Assembly: GCA_010356995.1 (NCBI GenBank)
Contig: ML996703.1
Span: 248,001 to 312,000 of the forward strand
Direction of reading: 5' to 3'
From: Trichodelitschia bisporula
Taxonomy: Eukaryota
DNA: 64,000 bases
Made by a program: the position numbers and the translations under genes. Positions 1 to 12,885 of this stretch are shown here, piece by piece. Position 1 is the first letter of the stretch, and every line of letters begins with the position of its first letter. The notes under the pieces are model-generated. The model was not told where the DNA came from. It saw only the letters and a list, made by a program, of their open reading frames with translations, and did not search any database.

Positions 1-2433
1 CGATGTAACTGGCTGGGTCTGCACCGTCCGTTTAGCCTTCTCCCACCCATGTCTGAGACACCTAAGGGAAATGGTTCCGCACGTATCGACGATATCACGA
101 TGTCTTGCAGAATCTGCACTGCGGAAATTAGCCAGCTACCAGCAGCCGCGGATGCTTTCACTGTTGCAAGCGGCCAAAGTACGACCTAGCGGATAGCCGA
201 TGCTCTTTTGCTCATCGGCTACCAACAAAGTTGCTACATGATATCGGCGCTGAGAAACCGCCCAGTCATCGGCCATCCAGCCCTCACGGCTAGAACTAAG
301 GACTTCCCCAGATGTGTAATCAACCGCCTCGCCGACAGTCCCCAAACAGGTACATCGGTACGGGCAACCCAAGTTCGACTGGAGAAGCCCTCCCAGGTTC
401 CATGCCATTTCAATCTACTGGAAACGTGACACTCCCGCACCCCTGCACGCGGCGGCAAGACTGACGATTTGTATCGCCGACTCGAAAGCTCTTAGATGAT
501 GTGCAGCGGGCACTAAAACCAACAGAGAAAAGGCAGATCTAGCACTCAGGGCGAAATGGCGAGGCCTTGCGGAAGGTATCGGGCCAAATCGGTGGTGAGC
601 GGCCGTGGAGTGAAGAAGAAGGCTAAGCTAAGTTTTAGCCTCCCATCCAGCGATCATCACATTCGCAGAGATGCAGGCAGGCGTCGACGCAGGGACCATG
701 ATCGAAACGTAGGGAAGACTGTAGCGGGGAGAAACGCGTAGGACGACGTGACGGAGACGGCCTTCTTGAGATGCGTCGCACATGTGCTGCTGTGCAACAG
801 GGACACCAGATCCAGCGGCCTGGGTGCCTTGTGCTGCCACACCTTGACTTTTCCTAACGGAAGTTGACGATTCGGCGGCGCCCTGCCGTATGTTCGGCCA
901 AACGAAACAGCGAGTCAGTGGCCCGAGCCTGATGACGGCGGGTCATGCCGAGCGCGGGGATCCCGCTACAAAGCTCCGTGATGTGCTATCGTACCGATAA
1001 ACTTGTTTGATCGTTTCCTAGGCCCCGAAACGGAGTGGCGCCCCTAAGGCCATACTGTACCTACTGAACCGTCGGTGTCGCAGGGCGTCTTCGATGGAAG
1101 GGTCTCCGGCTGCTCCAGGTCGAGTAGAATCGAGGGACGAGGTCACTGAAAAGTCCCAGACTTGCCCCCTTCACTCCATGACGACGCACGAAGGTACCAC
1201 ACACATTGATACTCTAGTGTTTGAGGCAGCAGGCCACGAGGCACGAGAGTTTCCATTCCATTCCCTGCCCCGACATCTGGTTCAAACTTTTTGATAAGGA
1301 ATCCAGAATTTTTGGTAGCGGGCGTTAGGCAGAAGAAGAAAGGAAAGGGTACGTACCACAACACGGTCGATCGACACGTCAATGGCATACGCCGCGCTCT
1401 CATCGTGAGGAGCATACGCGTTGTCACGGCACGGCAATCGTGCAAAATCCCGCATTCACCCCGAGCCCCTGCCATGGTATCTGAAAATATCGTAGCCACG
1501 CCCGGCAGCAAAAATGTCTGGGCAAGGCGGCCACGACTTTCTCAGGTGGCTGTTAGCTCAATGTATTGGAGTGCAGTGCGCCTCTCGTGCTGTGTTCAAC
1601 GCGTACACACACGTCTGGTACAGCAGAAAAGAGACTTGAAGAGAAGTTGAGTGTGGAGGGAGCTCCTTAGCCCTTCCTTCCTTTCCACGAGGCCTGCAGC
1701 CCCGCTGCGCGTAGATCCCAATTGCTTTTGTCGCGTCCTCTAACCCCCGTTGCTGTTCTCCTTACCGTTCTCCCATTTGCCCATTTCTCCTCCGGCCACT
1801 ACCCCCCGCAGCCGCTCTACGGAGGTACTCTGGCAGCTCGCGCCCGGTCTCGAGTAGAGTAGAACTTTGTTGTGGGGGGCACTGGGAGGCTTGCGGCAAG
1901 ACTAAATTGCTTGGCTTCTGCCGCTGGCTCCCCTTTTGCTGCTGTTTTGCTAGGAATTCGACTGACTGAGCGTCAGAGCGATGGCACATTACTGGCATGG
2001 GGGCAGATCACTTGTTCTGGACGGCCATTCCCACGTGTCCGTCTGCGACCAGGGCCAAAAATCTTCGCACATGGGAGGGAGGAGGGGGTTAAGTACAGTA
2101 GTACGTTTTTAGGAGGGTGGGGTGAAAGAGGAATGAGGGGGGAGGAGAGTAAGGTGGGTAGCAGTGGAACCAGGGAAGCTTTGCTGCCGACAAAGCTGCT
2201 GCGTTGCGTGGTTGCTTGCTTGCTGTCTGGTCGCTGTCAGTCAAATCCACGTCCTCAATGCGATCAAGCCATCCCCACGTCTTTTCCCGTTCCCCGTTCC
2301 GCCCACCACAAAAAGGCCCTTACATCCGTGTAGGTTGAAGCACCACCAGTTCCTTGTCCCGCCTTTTCTAACCTAGCCACCTACAAGACAAGCTAGTTAG
2401 GGAGGTTAGACGCAGGCACACACACACACCTAA

Positions 2434-2531
2434 CCTTCACCACACCTTCACCACACCTTCACCACACTTTCACCACACCTTCACCACACTTTCACCACAC
2501 CTTCACCACGCCTTCACCACACCTTCACCAC
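2434..2531. repeat. Tandem 11-mer minisatellite (CCTTCACCACA)~9, preceded by a short (CA)n tract
   Basis: Directly visible: ccttcaccaca repeated with a few single-base variants, about 1 kb upstream of the bHLH start codon. Confidence 0.9.
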
Positions 2532-3588
2532 GACACCTCGCTGCTGCTTATCAACTGTCTGCTCCAGCACTACTTGCCCTCGTTGCTCTACCTTTCTTCG
2601 ACCTCCAATTACTAGACGGGATCACGAATGGCTGGTGTCGCCGAAGCTTAGCGTCTCTTTGGTTCTCTGGTCCCCCATCCCAGACTAATACCTTGAAATA
2701 TTCCCAAGAACCCATTCTCCACGAATATTAGGTCCTGGGTCTTCCCCCCCTATCCTCTCTCCGAAATCAAGCACCCAAGTGTACCCGACAGACCTCTCGG
2801 CTTCCTGTACAACGCAGCTCTCAAGCGGCCAACCCTCTTCGTTCCCCAAGCGTCGGCGCCCGCTTGCTCCCTGCGTTGGAGACTCTGCAACTTCTGCGCA
2901 CTTGGGCTTGTCTTCTCCGTTTCGCTCCGTCTCGTCCTAGAGTTCATTCTTCGCTCATCTCTTTAAACCCCGTCTCCTTTTTACCCTCCAGCAAGTGGTT
3001 GTTGTTGCAAGATAACCTCGTGGATCTGCGCAACGAGGTTCGGATCTTTCAAGCACCCGCCGCGCCTCGTTCACTGCGCTGCCGAATAACAACCGGATCC
3101 TTCTTTTCTTCACCTCGTTTCCTGTGGATCGGATTGGCCAATTGAGATCTTCTAGAATCCAGCAACACGCCCCAATTCCATCTTTGTTCGTTTAACCTTC
3201 GAAGCCATCCAGGGTCGTTGAGTTACGTGCAGCTTCTGCGGGGAGCGGCAGAAAGTCTTCGACTTCTTTTTGCCAGGCATAGCCCCACTTCTTGATGGGT
3301 TAGGTGCAAGCCATTATCGAGCCCTCAAGGCAGGAAGGCACAACCCCCACCAGGACATAAAATCTCCAAGCCACAAACCAGCGGTCGCTACTTCCTTTCC
3401 TGGCTTTCTACCGGGCCGAGCTCTTGTCACTTCCCTTCACGCCTACGGTGTCGAAGACACATCCATTCTACCCATCGCGAAACGAACTTACCCCACCTTT
3501 CCCTCAACAAAACTTATACCCAACTCAACTTTGTAATCGGGTTACGTGGTATAATCAGCCGAATACTGTCAGCATCTCCTCAGCCGAT

Positions 3589-5375
3589 ATGGATCCCTCA
3601 GGAGGGGGCCAGTATCCACCAGGAGGGGGCCAGCATCCATCAGGAGGAATCCAGCGCAACCCTCTCCCTTCTTATTCTACCCAGCCCAGCCTTCCTCCCA
3701 TCGCGGCCCTCGAGCTTACCCCCTACACAGAGCCGCCCCACGCCCACCTGCGTGGCGCTCCCGATGCTCGAGACTCTGGTAACTGGTCAATATCTCAATC
3801 TCAGTCCAAGCGTAAGTTGCATCCGTTCTTCGCAGTCAGCGGTCAGTGGCTTGCTTTTTCACGCTATTGCATAACTTGCCGCCGCCTGAAGATGTGCTCT
3901 GTGCTGGTTACACTATCCTCCTACATTGCTAACGAGCTTAGACTCCTCGGCGGCATCGAACCTGAATGGACTCCCGCTTCAGACGATTTTGAATCCTAAT
4001 GAACACTCCCCTTCTCGGAGCTCCCTTCAAGATGGCTACTTCCCGAGCCGCACGCCCCAGGTTAGTGTGAGTTATCAGTTAAGGAATTGCATCCCTAACA
4101 CGGGTCAGGCGTCACTGCCGTCCATAAACCATTATGGCCATGAGCATCTGTCTCGGGCAAGCTTGGATGTGCTCGACTCGCGTCGTAGCAGCGTCGACTC
4201 CAGGATGGGTGCCACTATGGGCCACCTTCAAATCGGCACTCCCTCCGAATATAGGAGCCAGAATCCCTCGCAGGTGTCCCTCACATCCACTCTTCAGCAA
4301 CAGCGTGGAATTACCGAGCAGCGGTCTGGCCCCTTGTCGCCTATGGGCCCGGGGCCGATGTCTGGACGCATACCTCCCCGTCGCGCACCAGTTATCACCC
4401 CTATCCCACGCAATGTCTCAGGGCAGCCAGATCCTACCGCTGCATCACCGACCAAGGGGTACGCATGGGCATTTCCCGACGACAAGCAGGACGACGAGCA
4501 GCGGAGATCGGAGAGCAGCGGAGATTCGAGTGGGGACAGGACCTTCCCTTCGCGGCAGAACAGCCTCGCCCACTCCATGACCAGCACTTACACAGCCGAC
4601 TCTCAGTTACCTGCGGGCCAGAGGCGCTTCGGTGAAGGTAAGACGCATAACGCCATACCGTACATTCGCTAAAGGAACTAGATCCTCACACTCATCATCA
4701 CTCCATCCAGCACCGCTCTGTCTCGAACTTGCAGTCTTCTGATACTCCATCTGGCACCGGGAGTGGAAACTACAGCCGGACCCCTGAGCTTCGCATCAGT
4801 CACAAGATGGCCGAGCGGAAGCGTCGCAGCGAGATGAAGAGCCTTTTTGAAGAGCTCAACAACATCCTCCCCAATCCTCCTGGTGGGAAATCGAGCAAGT
4901 GGGAGACTCTGACCAAAGGTCCGTGTGCGCTTCACTTTTGCCGGGTTCGTCCGCTAATTTTGCAGCTATCGAGCACGTAAAACTTCTCAAGTACGGGGAA
5001 GCCACTGCTCGTCGCGACCTTGAAAATTGTCGTTCGGATCTTGGCAAGTTGCGCCGGCACGAGAAGGAAATCCACGATTTGAAGGCCGAGCTTCTCGCTA
5101 CCTATGAGCGCCTTCACAATTTGGAGCCAAACAATCGGCAATCCTTCGGCGCCTACGGAAATCAACTTCTCCATTCTCCTCATCATCCATCCCAACTCCA
5201 TCCACAACCGTCGCCATCAAATCAGACTGGTGCGCACCCACCGCTGCCATGGCATCCCGCGCCGAATGGGGCTTCTATGCAAGGGGTCGAATACCCGCCC
5301 GGTCAGCAGCAGTACGAACATACGCCCGGTCAGCCGTACGAACATCAGCCCGGTCCGCAGTACGGACACCGCTAA
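3589..5375 (+). CDS. bHLH transcription factor, Esc1/DevR-like; introns ~3812-3941, 4061-4108, 4638-4681, 4919-4965
   Basis: Spliced product contains PELRISHKMAERKRRSEMKSLFEELNNILP...KSSKWETLTKAIEHVK, a basic-HLH motif; GT-AG introns join the ORF pieces in frame. Confidence 0.85.
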
Positions 5376-6308
5376 GCAACCCGCCGTGCGACAACCCTCA
5401 AAACCTGCGTACTGCAATCAAACCATCAGTCATGGACAGCCATGGCCGGCATCTACTGCAAATTGACATAACGCTCTTTCGAGTTGTCTCATTTCGGGCG
5501 TCATGGCGTGTTTATGGCTCTATCCCTAACCAAAACAGTGCTTCAGAGGTGCACTTTTTCTCTACAACCATAGGAGGGTTGTCATGCGTCAGTTCCTGGT
5601 GAGCAACACAAGAAGTTGAGTAGGAGCTTAGGCGCCGTGGAACGGGGTCTCAAGGATGATCCGTGAGTGCGGACGAACTTGTCAGACTGGGTAGTTCTTC
5701 TTTCCGCGTGTGCACGATGGCGCTCTTATGGCTGGGAGAAGGGAGTATCAAGGGTGCTTACTGTGCTAATATGGGTGGCGATTCAATTGACGGAGGAGTC
5801 TGGAGTGGGGGGCATACTACGCGTTAATCCCGCCGCTATCGTACACCGGTAGAGGCAGCAAAAACCTTGCTCGCAGGATTTGTATCTTTCCAAATATCAC
5901 GCGTGCAGCTGCAATGTCTATATGAATCGCGATTCACGAATGCCCTTAGCGTGTAAGGCCAACTAAGCTCGGTAAACGTGGGTTCCATTCATTATCCCGG
6001 CGTGGAGCGCTGCGACGCATGGTTTGAGGTCAGGGGCTTGCTGCTGCCCCACCCCCACTGGTTTGCGCAGCTCTGGGCATGGCCCAGGTGGGGGGGCGAT
6101 GACGTTGCGGGGCAGGTCGAGCGATGTCACAGCATGAGCTCTCTTCGAGCCTTGCCACCTGCCAACTTTTCAACAACTCCCCTTCTCCAAACGCCCTCTG
6201 CGTGATAAGCTCTTCTAATCATCCTCCGCTTTTACACACTGTTCAATTGCACCCTACATCGTCAAACTACACTCTCAACCCTCGTTTTCAGCAAGCGCAG
6301 ACCCCACA

Positions 6309-7417
6309 ATGGCAGCAGCAGCGTCCGGAACGCGCAAGGAGCTCCTCGCGAAGGTCCACAAGATGGTGCCGCCCATGCTCGAGACATTTCACAAAGGCAA
6401 GTACCCCGCCGCGAAGCTCCCTCAGCACCCATTCCCAGCCCCGCTAACCGCGTGCCGCAGGACAGCTCGGGCGCGTGGCCGTCATCGGCGGCAGCGAGGA
6501 CTACACGGGCGCGCCGTACTTCTCAGCCATGGCATCGGCGAAGCTAGGCTGTGACATGGTAGCGTCCCCAGTGGCATCCCTCCCTATCTCCAGTCTACCG
6601 TTAACCACTCCACCAGTCACACGTCATCTGTTCGCCTCCCGCCTCCGCAACCATAAAGTCCTACTCCCCGAACCTCATGGTACACCCCTACATGCGCCTC
6701 TCGAACGCGCTCGAAAAGCCCGACACCGAGGCCTCGGTGCAGAAGGCTGTGCTCGCCATGCTGCCCCGCGTGCACGTCATAGTCATAGGCCCGGGGCTGG
6801 GGCGCGATCCGCTGATGCAGAGTACCTGTGCCGCGGTCATCAAGGCGGCACGCGAGCAGAATATTCCGTTTGTGCTTGATGCGGATGGGCTGCTAATTGC
6901 GCAGGAGCAGCCGGAGCTGGTGCAGGGGTACACGGAGTGCGTGCTCACGCCTAACGTCGTGGAGTTCGGGCGGTTGGCCAAGGCACGCGGTTTGGATGTT
7001 AAGAGTTTCGAGGACGAGAGTCAGGTTTGCGCGGCGCTGGCGAAGGCGTATGGCGGTGTTACGATTATCCAGAAGGGGGCGAAGGATTATATTTCTAATG
7101 GCGAGTATACGTATGTGTCTGATGGCGAGGGCGGGAAGAAGCGCAGTGGTGGGCAGGGAGATACGCTTACGGGCAGTATTGCTACGCTGCTTGGGTGGCG
7201 CAGGGCGTATCTTGATAAACTCTGGGACCATGGGGGCGAGTTGACGGAGAAGGAGACGCTTGCTCTGGCGGCGTTTGGGGGCAGTGCGATTACGCGGGAG
7301 TGCTCGCGGTTGGCGTTTGTGGAGAAGGGGCGCAGTTTGCAGGCTGGCGATCTGACGGATAAAGTGCACCAGGCTTTCTTGAACGTCGTGGGCGAGAAGG
7401 ACGAGTCGAAGTTGTGA
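6309..7417 (+). CDS. NNR2: ATP-dependent NAD(P)HX dehydratase (YjeF-C/CARKD family); introns 6397-6460 (GC-AG) and 6559-6616
   Basis: Motifs [46 protein letters not shown] and [12 protein letters not shown]. Confidence 0.93.
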
Positions 7418-7798
7418 GTTGGTGGGCTGGTGACGTGGATGAAGTAGCCGGATAAAAACCTGGGCAGGCTGCTAGAAACGGTTATCATGAAGCACGAGGC
7501 GTTAGCAAAAGCAAAGGAGAAATGGAGCAACACGTATATTGTCGTGTCTATGAACAAATGATCCTATCGCCAGCCCATTTTCAGTTCCGTCCATCAATGA
7601 CGCCATAGCCTGCAGAACGCAAGGACAAGAATACTATAGCACCACTTTTTCTCACCAGTCAGTCCGGGAAACGACGGTATCCACGTATTCCCCTACGAAT
7701 GTCGTTCGCCCAGAGGGTATCTCGTCAAGCAGTTCCGCAACGCCAATCTATGAACCATTTATCGTGCACGGAGAGCACATCCAGGCAACCAGTAAGTC

Positions 7799-9226
7799 CT
7801 AGTCACTGGTCATCGGCATGCCGGCCGGCGTCGGCGGAGTGAAGGAAGGAGCTGTGTTCGGTGGCGGCGTATTCTCTTTCTCGGTAGTCTTAGACAACCG
7901 GCGATGTCCGTTCTCCTCGCGCGAGCTCCGCTTCTCGTGTCTCCTACGGCCATCGTCATCACGCGGCGATAGTCGACCATCCCTCGTTCTGTCGTCGTAG
8001 CGGCGCGGGGATCGATCCTGATAAGAAGGCTTAGCAGCGTTTCCATGAGGGGGGGATCGAGCCCTGGGAGGGGAGCGTGCTCGGGGCGGAGAACGACGTC
8101 TCATAGCGCTGCGCCGAGTGGGGGTGCGGCTGCGAGCACGGGAGGACGGAGAACGAACTTCGCTAGGAGAGCGTGATAGGGTACGCGGGCGGCGATCCCG
8201 CCGGTTGTGCCTATCACGGTACTCCCGAGATCTGTCCCTCGAGCGGTCACGCTTGCGCGGCCGGTCGCGGTGTCTGTCGCGGTCGTGGCGGCGGGGAGGG
8301 GTGCGGGACCGAGAACGAGAACGCAGACGGCGCGGTGGAGTGACGCTGCGTGAGCGCGAGCGGTAGCTCTTACGCGGAGGCGAAGGGCTACGGGTGCGGG
8401 TGCGGTATCCACGGAAGTCTTCGCCGCGGTGGATCGGAGCGGGGCTGCGGCTGCGGGTGTGGCGGCGGGGCTCGTCACGGCGGTCGTTGCGGTATCTTTC
8501 GTCGCGCGGGCGCTCTCCCGGGATATATGTGTCAACATTCGCACCATTGCCAGCTGGGGGGCGACGGCCTCTTGGAGAACGAGAACGGCCTGCCCCGCGG
8601 CGAGCCCCGCCACCCCGGCGGCCACCGCGCTCGCCACGCTCCCGCTGCCGGATGTTGTCTACTTCGGCCTGTCTGCTTTGTTCCTTCGTACGTTGAGCTT
8701 TTGCTTGGTCGGCGGCTTTGGCGCTGCGCAGCTGAGAATGGTTAGCTAGGACCTAGCGGGCTCAAGGCGAACATACCCGCTCCTGCATCAGCTCCTCTTT
8801 CTTGGCCTCGAGCAGCTCCTTGGGGATGCCCTGCTCGTTAGCTTGGGCACTGAGGAGCAAGGACCAGAGCTCTTTGCAGAAGGGGGGAGCTTTGTTCGCA
8901 AGAGCCCCCGTCATCGTGATTTGCAGTTCTTTGATCTTCGGCTACCACATGTTAGCCCGGAAGACGTCCAGTTTGTACCACGTACGTAGCGATCCGCTTC
9001 CAGGAGATTGAGGAACCAATCCGCCATGACATCGTCATCATCCCCGCAGAGAGCGGCCAGGCGCTCAAAAGCCCATCTGCACGGGTTAGCACATGAAAGA
9101 TGGGGTAGCTGGACGGTCGTACTTCTTGATCACCTCGACCTGGACCTTCCTTAAGTCTACCTTTTGATCAAACTCAGGCGGAAATTTGGTTCTCCGTAAG
9201 AGCTCGCGGTCGACTTTGGAGGCCAT
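7799..9226 (-). CDS. PWI-domain RS-repeat splicing factor (SRRM1/SRm160-like), multi-exon
   Basis: N-terminal TKFPPEFDQKVDLRKVQVEVIKKW...LWSLLLSAQANEQGIPKELLE (PWI domain) followed by long RS/RSP repeats. Confidence 0.85.
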
Positions 9227-12200
9227 TGCTGGGGTGGTGGATGATTGATAGCTCGGCTTGCGGGTTGTCGTGAGGTTTGATGTGCAAGCATCGACAGCGC
9301 TGGCGAAGAGGCTCTTGGCATTGTCGACGCGTTGAGCGAGGCAGCAAGGCAGCAAGGCATTAAATAAGACACGTGCTCTACCAACCCGTGATATCATTGC
9401 GGGAGTTGCTTTCAATTCATTTTCCGTCTGATACAGTGCAGCGATTCTGATCTACTGTTCAACTTGAAGTCAGCGCTATGCGAAGAACATCATATCCGCT
9501 GAAAATGGGACAGGATATCACGTGGTGAAACCCGCGACGACGATCGGTGCCACACCCTCTCATCGGTCACTCTCGGACAACGGAGGTACAGTACATTCTC
9601 TTTCGATATGAGGCTTCTGGCATGAACCGGACTATTGACATCGTGTATTGGATTCTTGCCATCGCATCTTCCACTTTTCCATCCGGCCAAAATCCGAGGT
9701 ATTGTCGGATTGATCAAGTCTTCCAAATACCAGAAGCCTCAAGTGGAGTCCTTTGGCGCGTCTAACTCCATCTTGATACGATCTGCTCCCTCGATACTCT
9801 TACATTGATAAGAGGTATCATGTTCGCCCTAGCATCTCCACGACCGTGGACCGACTATTTTAGCAGCTGTTAACAATGCAACCTCAGAAACGAGAATGGC
9901 CGATACAGACAGGTTGTCGAGGCGACGGACAGCGAAACTTAGTGACATGGCTAGCGGTCACATCAGGAGTCTTTTCTAACCGGGGACGGCAGTATCGCTG
10001 TCGATCCGCTGCAAGATTGTAAGATCCATCCCGGCCACGTCGTGATGCTTCTAAAATCCTTCTGCATGCTCAGCGCTCCGACCAACCTCGGCACTTCGCA
10101 TACTGAAGCGCTGAAGCGAATGCACAGTTCACCGTGCGTTTATGCGCCCCTGGGGACAGCTTCACGAAGTTGCTGACCTCGCAGCTTCATGGTGAAGCAG
10201 TGTCGCCGTGAAATGAGTCGCGTAACACCAACACAAAGAGATGCACACGCCGGCGTGAATTGTGTAGTGAGGTCACTAGCCAGCGTGAGAAAATAGTGTC
10301 AGTCAATCGGCTGCGTCCTCAAACACTCTGTGCTCTCTCAACAAAATGTATGTCGCAACTCTGCTGTCATCCTCAGTCTCCTCGTGGTCTTGACCATTTC
10401 CAGAATCTCCTGCATAGCGTCAACAGCGCACGGCCAATGGACGATCAGGAATTTTGGCAAAAATGCAGATGCAAGATCCGGGATCCCTCGTCAGTGGTGC
10501 AGATTCTTTATGCGCAAGAATGCAGGGCCCCTAGGCTGTGCGCCTGGCTCCGAAAGTATGTTTGGGGTTCACGACATCATTCGTGATGTGCAGTTGAAGT
10601 CGATAGGCAACGACTCATGAAAATTGCAGCAGTCATGAACCCGGACTAAACTGGGGAGGTCGGTGGATCGGGACAGCCACGGTAGGAATCGGCGGAAACT
10701 TCCCAGCAGCGGATCGGGATCTGGACATCCAGGACCTGAACTTTCATATAAAGGTTTACCGTGATCTTCACGGGAATCGGTTGATGAATATTGGAAGTCG
10801 AGGCCAATTCACGCTTTCCCGATGTTGAGACTTGCCAGTTTGAGCCGTTTCGATTCAGACACGCTAGGTACTCGATTCGTGGTAGCTTTCTCCGCGAGTG
10901 CGGGGCCGCGGAGGTTACCGTGCTTCGAGAACATGTCGAGTTGCCCGTTTTGCTGCACATCAATTCCTTTTGCGATCCCACATCGTCTTCTCTCAATCTT
11001 GAGACTGCAGTCACTGAATCCCTCCCGAGTTCCAAACTACCCCCGCAGCAAGCGCGCCGCGGGACCTGACAGTTGACGCGCCGCGGCAGTCGTCCAGGAG
11101 TCGGAGAAGTGTCCGGGCGGGCGCTAGCCGCCAAGCGAAATGGCTTCGATGCCATTTCAGCGTCGAAGTCTGCGGTGAGCTGCCCGTTCGGGAGCATGTC
11201 CGCTTTCGGGCCATGATCGACGTCACGATCAGGATTGGATGGAGATGCCAGACGCCCGTAGCGCCGCCATTATTCTTCAGAGAAGCCCCCACTTCTGCAG
11301 AACGCTATCTTGGCTCAAAATGGCTTCGCATCGCCCCGTCGATGAGTCTGTGAACCTGTGACGGTGTTGCTACTGTTTCGATGGATATCGCACCGCGGCG
11401 CCCAGTCGCAGCTCGCCGACGACACCAAAGATGCGGCGATACAGGGTTCTACGTACCCCCATCTCAAGCATGCTGGGATCGAGCTGGTACCCGCGCCGCA
11501 TGCGCCATGTGGACCCAAGTACGGCATTCGTCCCACCAAATCAACGCGTCCGCGCCCGTGGTGATCGGCGGTCCACTCCCACTGCTATCTCAGTGCTGAC
11601 CATGGCTGGTATCTCTCGCCTTTCAAGTTGCCCGTGGGGGGAGATTTTGTGTACCGTCCTGTGGCCGCGCAATCGGTGGCACTGGAGGTGGACGATGGTT
11701 GGTGAGAGAAGACCGAGGAGAATTTCGGTTCATTCTGTCGATGAGGCTGTGGCTGCCTATCTCGTGAAAGTCCATGACGAACGAGAACGAGAAGGCTTCC
11801 GACGATCACCCGTAAACAAGGTCTAGCGACAGCGTCCTTTTGCTGGCACTTTTGGCAGGCCTTCCTTTCAGCTTTCAGCGCGTTTGTATGCCATCGGTCA
11901 TGGGCTGAGCAAGCCTTCACTGATACATACGAGTAAGGTGCAAGGTTTCCCCCCGACGAGATGTTCGACTCTCTCGCGTCCCCCCTGCACCAATATGGTT
12001 CCTGACGGCTACGAACCCTGCGCGGCCCGGCGGAGCCGCGTTTGCAGGGCAGCAGCGCAGATGGGGGAGCTTGTGGGCGGGGGTAGTAGCGGTGGGCTGG
12101 CGGTGGGCTTGGTGATGATCTCCAAGCAGTGGTGCGAATCCACTCGTCCCCAGCAGCCAAGGCGGCCGAATGCCTGGTGTTCTTTTACGCCGTGCGACGC

Positions 12201-12885
12201 TCCCGCTCCGATCGCCCACAGGAATACCCTTGCGGGGCTTCAGATGGCGTAGGAGTGGGCGGGCGCCTGCGGGATTGCACTGTTCAGCTCGCAGTCTGAA
12301 CTCCCTCCAAATTCACCGACGAACCAGGCAAGAATTCCAAAAGCCTGTCCTCTAGCGCCATCGCATCGCCAGTTGTCACCGAACTCATCCCCCCTCAGCA
12401 ATTCCTTACCCCGGCCCTAGCGATGCTGAGTGCTTTAGATCCTAGAATCATACCCGCTATCGCTGGGAATCCCCCAGGAGCTTGTTCCCCCCCCGGCCTG
12501 GGCAACAGATACATCTCTCCACCATGACCCCAGCCTGGAGGATGAGATGTCGGGACAGGCTCCGTTTACTTTTCTCCTCCCGCTGCCCACTGACGCCTTC
12601 AATCTGAGACTCTCTTGTTCGTCATTTCCTTTTTCCTAAAGCCTTGTGAGACGGTGGTGTTCTTGGATGATCGAGGTGCGGGGAAACAAGCGGTGCTTAA
12701 GGACTGTGTCCGCCGCTGCTCTCTGCCTTTTTTCTGGGTTCCATTCCAGCCTTGCGACAAGACCGTGAAGCTGGTCATTCTAATCGGCTGTTGAAGAAGA
12801 TAAACGGGTATGTTGCTTTTGACCGTTGTGCTAGCGGAGACTAAACATGCCTGCAGCTCTCCACAGCAACACTAACAGAAAAGCA

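Noticed and set aside
8101..8637. 178-aa Ala/Val-rich minus-strand ORF
   Set aside because: Alternative frame of the RS-repeat exon of the PWI gene
9430..12400. Short ORFs with a coding-like look (also 14700-15600, 18800-20000, 33400-34300, 53600-54300)
   Set aside because: Interrupted by stops and no family recognisable by eye; possibly pseudogenes, needs BLASTx
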